A DNA stretch of 64,000 nt from assembly GCA_004764695.1 (NCBI GenBank), contig SMSO01000032.1, positions 6,108,483 through 6,172,482 on the forward strand, written 5' to 3'. This stretch comes from Schizochytrium sp. TIO01. Taxonomy: Eukaryota; Protista; Bigyra: Labyrinthulomycetes. This document shows, one piece after another, positions 57,301 to 64,000 of this stretch (the first letter of the stretch is position 1; each line of letters starts with the position of its first letter). Made by a program: the position numbers and the translations under genes. The notes below the pieces were generated by a model, which made no database searches, was not told where the DNA came from, and worked only from the letters and a program-made list of their open reading frames with translations.

Positions 57301-60300
57301 TGCAACGAGAGCTCGTTATTGCACGGCTTCGCTCAACCTTACAAGACAAGCGCGCAAAGAATCTTGCGGTTGTAGAAAATATGCAGAACCATTCCAAGCT
57401 TGGCGTGATTACAAGTTATGAGTATGAAGAGCGAAAGACTGTGTCAGACACTTCTTGGAGGCACCCGGAGTCGCTGTTGCGAAGATTTTGGGATCTGTTA
57501 ATCCTTCTAGTCCTTGGGTTTAACTTCGCAGCTGTCCCCACTCGTTTAGCCCTGAATGCTGGTCTGGAGCTTTTTGCGATTGACTATTGTCTTGATGCAA
57601 TCCTTGTAGCCGACACTTTTCTTCGCTATCGTCACTTTGGCTTCGTTCATGAGGGACAAGTTTATGCTGAAACTGATGAAGTAGTTGCCAATTACAGAAA
57701 GAGTGGCGTATTTTTACGTGATATTCTTATCATCATGCCTTACGATGTCTTCGTGCTCATTCCTTACATCTACTGGACCTTTCAAAGTGCAGATCACACT
57801 TTGACTGATGAAAATGTCAGTTCTCTTGCTCTCGTCATGGCATGCTGTAGAATTCCAAAGCTTCTCTTGTTACTCCGGATGAACAGGCTCAAATCAAACA
57901 TGGACACCCTTTTTGGAATGTCTTCGTTCCGCGAATATACTGCAACATACCGTTTAATTCGGTTGATGGTTGCTGTTGTCTGTATTGCCCACTGGACTGG
58001 ATGCTTCTTTTATGCGATTGCATACTATCAACAACCTGATGATGTAGCCTATGATGCGTGTCTACTAGAAATGGAAGAGCTCTATCCTAACAACACAGAT
58101 CGCATTATCCAGTACGACCCTGATATGTGCCCAAATTTGACCTTTTTCAGTATTGAGGGACGAAATTCATCGGAGTTGACTTCTACGCTGACGTGCGGCG
58201 CAACATTTGAAGCTCACTGCCGTTGGAATAATACATGGATCAACAATCAAATGGCTCGTGGTTTGCTTCCATTAGATGGCGGGCGCTTGGACCATCAGTA
58301 TCTTCGTGCTTTGAACTGGGCATTGCCAACTCTTGTTGTTGTCGTGATTGGTGACACTATTCCGGTTGATATTCCTGGAACTTTGTATGTCACTATTATG
58401 ATTATCATTGGTGTAACCATCAACGCTGCAATAATCGGTAGTATTGCCAATCTTGTAGCAAACCTTGAGGGCAGTGCTGCAAAATATCGCGACAAGATGG
58501 ACACGTTTGAACGATTTCTTTACATGTATCAAATCCCTCCGAGCCTTCAGCAGCGAACGCGTAACTATTTGGAGTACCTCTGGGAAACCGAAAAAGATGC
58601 GGTACAAGCTAGTCTGGTTGAAAACATGCCAGCAACCTTGCGGGCTGAGGTATCCAATTTTCTCAAGCTGCGCTTTGTAATCCAGACGCCTTTCTTTGAA
58701 TTCTGTGATCCTGCACTAGCGAAAGGCATTGCTTCCAAGCTACGAACAGAGGTGTACTCTCCAATGGACTTTATCATTTATGAGGGCGACGTTGGCGAGG
58801 ATATGTACTTTATTGAACAAGGCACAGTGCAAATGGTCTCCTTTCGTGGTAAATGGCGAAGTGGGCATCGTGCAAGTAGCGTTGTTGAGCCAGTGAGCCC
58901 TACAAATGCCACGGCAACACGTGTTTTATCCTTCACTAGAATACCAATGGAGAGTCCTTCAAACGCCAACATCAAAGGGAAAATGTATTCTGCTCAGGTT
59001 ACTCCAGCACAGTCACAGTCAACAAATATACTGAAGAGCAATAGTCTCTCAAGTCAACAGCTATCCGGAAAGGGAGTGAACGGATCTATCCCTTCCTTAC
59101 CCACAACACCAAGAAAGCAACCTTCTTTATCCTCTTTACGTTCAAGTGCGAATGCAAGCCAGAGAGCTAGTATGGTAGCATTAGATGGAAATGTTTCGGA
59201 CGATGACATCATTATTCTAGCAACTCTCGAAGCAGGTTCCTACTTTGGAGAGACAGCTGTTTTCTTTAATGAGCGTCGTAGTTGTTCAGCTCGTGCCTTG
59301 GACTTTACGGAAGTATACACACTGAGTCGTGAGGACCTTGATGAGATCCTTCTGCGCTACCCCCACCAAAGTGATCGGATGTTTGATGTTGTTTCGAGCA
59401 TTCGTGAGAATAACCAACTACGCAATGACAACTTACGGTCAAACATGGAGAGCATCATTGCTGGATCTAGAATGCTCAACTTCATGTCAGAGAAGCGCCA
59501 GTCTTTTACAGGAGGCTCAATCCTGGATTATGGTCGACGCATGCTGACCAAGCGACCCTCGTTTTTGCGCAATGCAAGCACTGCAACAAACATTGTGCAA
59601 CGTGGTAGCGCAAATTTTGGAAGCACGTTTTATCGCGCTTTTGTGGGCGGAAATAGCGGAAGAGCAACCCCGAATGCCAATGCCAACAAAAAGTATGGCG
59701 TTGATGGTAAGGTCGTACCAAAGCTAGCCCATCATCTCCTTGCAGATTCCAAGTCACAGAAGAAGCGAGCAGCAGCTGCTGCTTTGCTTCAACGTCATAT
59801 TCATAAACCAAATGATACATTCTGTCGGGTTTGGAACATGGCTTCACTCTTCTTCGTTCTTTACTTTGCTGTCAGTATTCCTTTTCGTTATGCATTTTTT
59901 GCCGATGGGTTACCCCCGTTGCAAGACCATCGAATTTCCGTAGGTATTTGGGTCTGGTTCTGCTTTGAGTACTGTATTGATTTCTTCTTTATCATTGATA
60001 TTTACCTGAGGTATCGCAAATTTGCCTTTAATCGATATGGTAAGGTCATTACAAGCCAGGTGGAGATTGCCAACAACTATCGCCAGACTTGGCTGGTCTA
60101 TGATGTGATTGCGTCATTGCCACTTGACCTTATTCCTCTTGGTCATGTGATTGCGCATCCTTCAATGTCCCATATTACTGCGTTATCCGCAGCTCGTTTT
60201 GTTCATTTAGTCCGTTTCATGCGAATTAACGGCTACTCCAGACTGCTGGATAAATACATTCACGAAATGTTCCCACGCATCAATTCAAGTGTGATTGGTG

Positions 60301-62060
60301 TACTATTTCTTTTTGTTGGTATTCTCTTACTCAATCACTGGGCATCTTGCACATGGTTCATGATGCATCGGTATCTTGAACATGATAAACACAAAACCTG
60401 GGCAATCGCAGACAATCTTGCAACCTATGATCCAGAGCAAGGAATTCACAACATCTTCAACGATGATCTTACACCATGGTTCTGCTACCTCAGAGCTCTC
60501 TACTTTACTGTATCAACCATGTCGAGTGTTGGATATGGTGATGTTCGCCCGTACTCTCTTATCGAGACCTTACATGAGTTAACAGTAGTTGTATTGGGCG
60601 CGTGCACCTTTGCTGCCCTTATTGGTTCTGTCGCTGTTGTATTTCTGCACTGGGATTCTCGTGGCGATATTGCATTTAAAAGCCGCTTGCGTAAATTACT
60701 TGATTTCATGGCTTTTCGAGAGCTTCCTGGTGGTTTACAAGAAGAAATCATTGATCATTTCACCAACCATTGGGAGCATTTTGAGGGAGTCAATATGCAC
60801 GAGGTTATTCAAGATTTACCGCTTCCATTGCAGCTTGAGTTAGCAATTTGCATTCATCGTAATATCATTAGCAAGGTCCGGGGTCTGCGTAAGTGCCATA
60901 TTCATGTGCAAAGGCATATCGCCCGCAAACTCCAGACTCAGATTTGCAGTGAAGGTGAACACGTATTTCGCGCTGGTGAGATTGGTCATGAAATCTATTT
61001 CATTTTGTCTGGTGAAGTTGAGGTAACACGTCAAAGTGATGGGCGATCCATGAGTTCGCGTAATCTTCTATCTCTAGCTACGCCAGCTACTATGAGCCTA
61101 AATACAGGAAAAAATTACACGCTCCGAGAGGGTCAGCACTTTGGTGGCGAATGTCTCTATTCACTTAGTGGCGAGCGCACGCAAACTGTACGTTGCTTGA
61201 AAGATTGTGAACTCGTATACATCCTCAAAGATGAGTTTGAACGTATCATGATTGAGTTCCCAGAGCATCGAAATATCGGTATTTTCGCCGAACTTGTAAG
61301 CTCTGAGCAGAAGACAGTGAAACAAACTAAGGACTTGCAAAGGCAGGTGGCAGAGATCGCTGGTAGTGTGCAAACGCCCCTGGGCAGGTTTTCAGCCCGC
61401 CACATTGCTAATATCCTAGGCAACCCGAACACAGATTTCCTCAGAGATGGTCAGAAGCGCAAATTAATGATGCATAAAAAGACGTTGATTCATCAGCAGC
61501 TTGGTGATGATACAATTGTATCTCATGCTCAATCTCGGCAGAGTGTTAAGAGGTTTTCGTGTGTTCTCGAGCACCCAATTTCGACGAAGCCTCGTCCGGA
61601 CTCAGAGAGGAAGCCCGGGATCAGATCTACATCACTCACTATTGCCGAGGATGCTAAAGTGGAGGATGATCATGTTCATGAGAGTGAGGCAGATGATGAA
61701 CTCGGAGCAATGGAAAGCGCTGGCAACGATTGGGCAGACCCGGTCGCAGCACGTCAACTTAGTGATGAACAGAAGAAATCGACACGTCGACTTACTCGTC
61801 AATTATCTGAGAAGTCTGACAAACTTGCAACTATGATTAAGACCAATCAGAAAACAGATCGCAGAGCAACAGCATTTCGGGGAGCTCGTAAGACCAAAGT
61901 CCCCCCTGTCAGAACTCGCCAAAGCCTTACATTTGAAGATGTTCAGGACCTTCTCATTTATACCAAACCAGCGCCTGGAGACGAGATCTTTAGTCCGTTA
62001 GATGATCTTCCTGTGCTATCTCCGAATCACCTTGAGCGTCGTCATGACGAGCTGCACTAA
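54330..62060 (+). CDS. Four-repeat (4 x 6TM + CNBD) cyclic-nucleotide-regulated K+-channel-like protein, CNGK/tetraKCNG architecture
   Basis: Four S1-S6 units, each with a basic S4, a pore loop (TVGLGD, TEGYGD, VVVIGD, SVGYGD), a C-linker (Y..Y.W...G/LP..L) and a CNBD (G.YFGE-type). Single 2576-codon exon from the first ATG at 54330. Confidence 0.92.
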   Translation: MTMGGRKLRALLHKIIPTRPTWETLQILSLSWNCFMVPFRLSFSPGYGVDGIFLFFLFGDIFADLLVLCDMLLRRLLFHTSFNPRLSSIVMPEVALTEACVNEQKRENRLTYQEKRRRRVSRRILLVTDFVCVFPVDYIAFACGMADPTPLRIIKMLRMIRVMEQVNIIFLMLERRRLIVNAGLRRMIVLWSVFFFFGHWFSCGFYALGRYTTTGDSWAVTDGLIAYDEDTGAYGPAAGTTTARAYIRTIYWAMITMVTVGLGDVVPAKASGPETTFTLMTMYMGMTLTCMVIGNLTNMVTNLDASEDEFHTKMDNMNKYMSYRHLSTDLRDRIRAYYTYMWTSLKGINEAQFLRDLPITLRLQVAGLRSKDLVTQVTFLRKLRDPVINAICVALEQVIISPGDFVAKESQNMPGCYWLRRGEAEVVSAQGTILQQLSAKQGSYVGESSLFFPGTFDNSIRAKSYCEFFFLKKELFEDILSESLDEEEFEEVRAAAEKALKASAKAKKFFGLDANDKPKSSWRDILEPKSRFREVWNLIQSVSAIYMGMMVPYRMVTQTFMYRELVDPADYALDWIFDILFIIDIIFRSQMFGFVREGIVIRDKFRIFENYRESESIFLDVLVSFPIDLIAIKHTSFLPYLRLTKLFRMSYIMAYYDLATSYMAARRITISNAMHRIIKIFFWVIWCVHIVGCGWMLMSLISRNNAISPLSLAVYNEFVGNGTKLDCELHTNTDWVCKDGETWPKIDHTKPGVTYLRAIYFVLVDMTTEGYGDLIPYNTLETAYVAFITFIGGLGYPAVVGAMAALISSLDTARAEFQNKLAVLTQYMAVKHFPRPLKVRIMRYYDYLWSRQRGVDEDYILHDLPASLRMEVQEYINGAIMRNITFLDGIDQELLRHLLSVLQPSVFLPGDNIITAGELGQDMFLLETGATRVTSPDGKLTYAILTPGDYFGEGSLLGLEKRTANIVAIGYCDCFVLNKDDFDRVTKEFPLQRELVIARLRSTLQDKRAKNLAVVENMQNHSKLGVITSYEYEERKTVSDTSWRHPESLLRRFWDLLILLVLGFNFAAVPTRLALNAGLELFAIDYCLDAILVADTFLRYRHFGFVHEGQVYAETDEVVANYRKSGVFLRDILIIMPYDVFVLIPYIYWTFQSADHTLTDENVSSLALVMACCRIPKLLLLLRMNRLKSNMDTLFGMSSFREYTATYRLIRLMVAVVCIAHWTGCFFYAIAYYQQPDDVAYDACLLEMEELYPNNTDRIIQYDPDMCPNLTFFSIEGRNSSELTSTLTCGATFEAHCRWNNTWINNQMARGLLPLDGGRLDHQYLRALNWALPTLVVVVIGDTIPVDIPGTLYVTIMIIIGVTINAAIIGSIANLVANLEGSAAKYRDKMDTFERFLYMYQIPPSLQQRTRNYLEYLWETEKDAVQASLVENMPATLRAEVSNFLKLRFVIQTPFFEFCDPALAKGIASKLRTEVYSPMDFIIYEGDVGEDMYFIEQGTVQMVSFRGKWRSGHRASSVVEPVSPTNATATRVLSFTRIPMESPSNANIKGKMYSAQVTPAQSQSTNILKSNSLSSQQLSGKGVNGSIPSLPTTPRKQPSLSSLRSSANASQRASMVALDGNVSDDDIIILATLEAGSYFGETAVFFNERRSCSARALDFTEVYTLSREDLDEILLRYPHQSDRMFDVVSSIRENNQLRNDNLRSNMESIIAGSRMLNFMSEKRQSFTGGSILDYGRRMLTKRPSFLRNASTATNIVQRGSANFGSTFYRAFVGGNSGRATPNANANKKYGVDGKVVPKLAHHLLADSKSQKKRAAAAALLQRHIHKPNDTFCRVWNMASLFFVLYFAVSIPFRYAFFADGLPPLQDHRISVGIWVWFCFEYCIDFFFIIDIYLRYRKFAFNRYGKVITSQVEIANNYRQTWLVYDVIASLPLDLIPLGHVIAHPSMSHITALSAARFVHLVRFMRINGYSRLLDKYIHEMFPRINSSVIGVLFLFVGILLLNHWASCTWFMMHRYLEHDKHKTWAIADNLATYDPEQGIHNIFNDDLTPWFCYLRALYFTVSTMSSVGYGDVRPYSLIETLHELTVVVLGACTFAALIGSVAVVFLHWDSRGDIAFKSRLRKLLDFMAFRELPGGLQEEIIDHFTNHWEHFEGVNMHEVIQDLPLPLQLELAICIHRNIISKVRGLRKCHIHVQRHIARKLQTQICSEGEHVFRAGEIGHEIYFILSGEVEVTRQSDGRSMSSRNLLSLATPATMSLNTGKNYTLREGQHFGGECLYSLSGERTQTVRCLKDCELVYILKDEFERIMIEFPEHRNIGIFAELVSSEQKTVKQTKDLQRQVAEIAGSVQTPLGRFSARHIANILGNPNTDFLRDGQKRKLMMHKKTLIHQQLGDDTIVSHAQSRQSVKRFSCVLEHPISTKPRPDSERKPGIRSTSLTIAEDAKVEDDHVHESEADDELGAMESAGNDWADPVAARQLSDEQKKSTRRLTRQLSEKSDKLATMIKTNQKTDRRATAFRGARKTKVPPVRTRQSLTFEDVQDLLIYTKPAPGDEIFSPLDDLPVLSPNHLERRHDELH

Positions 62061-62831
62061 GTGTATTTCGTACCTCACATAACCTCAGGTTTTGGAGTTC
62101 CTTTCAGGGTAGAAATCAAAACAGTAGTATCTTTAATGTCCGAACTGTCATCTTGTGTGGTACTGGTCTCGTCATTAGCTCTTGAAGACGTATGTTTCTT
62201 GCACATTTTTTTCCTTACCTAATGAAACGGTTAAACGATGCGAAGAAATCCGTGCGTCTATAATTTCATTTCATTTATGAATTTTAAATTTTAAAATGAC
62301 CTTTAAGACTGATAACTCGATTTTGTTATGTTTTTGTTTTATTTCTCTCGCAACTGTCGCGTGCTTACCATGAAATGTTCAAATATATATTAAAGTAAAC
62401 GATTTATAGGTCGTAAATGTACAAAAGTGATAAAGACATTATTTGTTTATTGATGGTTTTAAAAACAGGCGAAGAAGTCGCTCCATCTCCTAAAATAATG
62501 ACAATCTGTCTACAAGAAAGGAAAGCATGTTGTGATGTGCAGCTCGATTTTATATATCTATATTTTTTTTAAGATTGCTTTTTTATTTATTTTTTCTCCA
62601 GGAAATTGAAACAGCTGCTGCTTTGGAAAATGAGGAAATAGAAAATGAGATTTATATAGCTTTGGATACTAGTCGATAGAGAATCATGAAGTCTATGAAG
62701 GTTTAGAAAATCACGCATTTAACAACTTATACATGTTTTCCGGTTTGAAATCATGATAATGTAATTATTACAAAATAAAACTCTACAAAGAGAAAACAAC
62801 AGTTTATATAATATCTTATTAAACAAATGAA

Positions 62832-64000
62832 TTACATGACTTCTAGCGTGTACGTCGGTACATTATGAGAAGATAATCTTTTAGGTATGCGTGCATCATT
62901 CGTCAATGTAACAGCACGGGTAGTGTGGTTCCATGTCATATGGACAAACTGACTTGGCCTAAGCTTTCCTTTCGGTGGATGCAAAACCATAAGTACCTCT
63001 GATGGATCTATAGTGGTTGCGTTAGAGTGATTTCGATTCGATTCCTGCTGTTCGAAGGAGAGTAACCAAGGGTAATTTGGCACTATCTTGAAAGAATAGG
63101 AAGCTCCTGCTCGAAGTGTGTTGAGCAAACAAACTGTGCCAGACGCGTCTACCAATTGCAAGTGAATATTTCCTTTTACAAGCCTATTCATCACAAGCAC
63201 GTTATATTGGAAGCAGGTTTCTGAAACTGGGGCACGGACATTTGGGCCGACTGTTGGGGCCCAGCTTCCACTCGAAAGTCTTGGAGAAATAACAAATGTT
63301 GCCAACTGACCAATGCTGAAATTAGGTAAGAATCGTTGCTGAGGTTGTATTTCCTTGAGATACATGCGGTTCGATTTGGTAAACACTGTGCACGGAGTTG
63401 TAGTTGACGCGTTTAGAATCTGAACCGGCTGCTGAGAAGATTGCGAATGTTGCTGCTGCTGTGGAAGACAACCAGCTTGATGAGCTTTACTTTCTGCACC
63501 TTCCCTCTCACCACCACCACCACCAGTAGTAGCATCACCAGCAGTATCTCGGGGTGAGAAGTGAGAAGGTGCGTGCTTCTTCCTGCCAGATGGTGCGGAG
63601 TCACATAGTATATGTGAAGGTCGTGGAGTGCGTTTATGTATAAAGTTATTAGCAGATAGTTCTTCGGGCTCAGTCTGATCGATATCAAAGCCTTGAATAC
63701 TGCCCCTTGGGGAATGCTTCCTGGCTCGAAAGGCTAGCATAAGAGGTGACAGCCCTAATTTCCCTCCGTATAGACTTGTTGGGGGTTTAAAGACTTCCGC
63801 ACTAGCAATAACATCTTGACTGATCGGATGGTGTTTGCTTTCATCTTCGTCGCGTTGTGCATGGTGGGAAAGCAAAAGATGCTCCGCTTTGCCAGATAAT
63901 CTTGGAGCAGCTCTAAACTTTTCCGCAAGTACTTTCGCCGTAGCTACATCCACTATCTCAAGGGATGCGTTTAGATCATCTCTTTGATTAAGTCTCTTTC
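62832..64000 (-). CDS. 3' part of a protein with C-terminal VHL beta-domain-like region(s); runs off the right edge
   Basis: The frame stays open from 64000. VLVMNRLVKGNIHLQLVDASGTVCLLNTLRAGASYSFKIVPNYPWLL parallels the VHL beta pattern (V.F.N.....V...W....G......L.PG........H.W). Confidence 0.55.
   Translation of the reverse strand, partial: KRLNQRDDLNASLEIVDVATAKVLAEKFRAAPRLSGKAEHLLLSHHAQRDEDESKHHPISQDVIASAEVFKPPTSLYGGKLGLSPLMLAFRARKHSPRGSIQGFDIDQTEPEELSANNFIHKRTPRPSHILCDSAPSGRKKHAPSHFSPRDTAGDATTGGGGGEREGAESKAHQAGCLPQQQQHSQSSQQPVQILNASTTTPCTVFTKSNRMYLKEIQPQQRFLPNFSIGQLATFVISPRLSSGSWAPTVGPNVRAPVSETCFQYNVLVMNRLVKGNIHLQLVDASGTVCLLNTLRAGASYSFKIVPNYPWLLSFEQQESNRNHSNATTIDPSEVLMVLHPPKGKLRPSQFVHMTWNHTTRAVTLTNDARIPKRLSSHNVPTYTLEVM

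Noticed and set aside
1-64000. tRNA, rRNA, spliceosomal snRNA, CRISPR arrays
   Set aside because: By eye I saw no cloverleaf with a proper T-loop, no rRNA or snRNA conserved boxes and no repeat-spacer arrays. tRNAscan-SE and Infernal would be needed to exclude them formally.

Overview
This is eukaryotic nuclear DNA with long intron-free CDSs, occasional 5'-UTR GT-AG introns, microsatellites and AT-rich spacers. Gene style and content are most consistent with a stramenopile protist, probably a thraustochytrid/labyrinthulomycete (inference, not demonstrated). About 12 protein genes are supported, in order: a partial coiled-coil protein, an RNASEK/V-ATPase subunit f-like membrane protein, a STE11/MAP3K kinase, an Hsp70/Hsp110 NBD-TPR fusion, a membrane-anchored LTA4H-type M1 aminopeptidase, FAD synthetase, ATAD3, a 5-module EF-hand protein, GATOR2 subunit Mio/Sea4, TSG101/Vps23, a four-repeat (24-TM) cyclic-nucleotide-binding channel, and a partial VHL-beta-like protein. 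Gene-poor stretches (about 3.7-13.3 kb, 26-33 kb, 49.5-54 kb) hold retroelement relics, decayed ORF fragments and several unexplained 200-350 nt stem-rich islands. The best candidates for something new are (i) a highly structured ~345-nt element at 9856-10201 with pseudoknot potential and a possible splice-site switch, (ii) the four-repeat channel with an asymmetric, partly non-GYG filter, (iii) the Hsp70(NBD)-TPR fusion and (iv) the penta-NCS-like EF-hand protein. I found no tRNA, rRNA, CRISPR array or intact transposon. All structure calls were made by eye, with no folding or database search.
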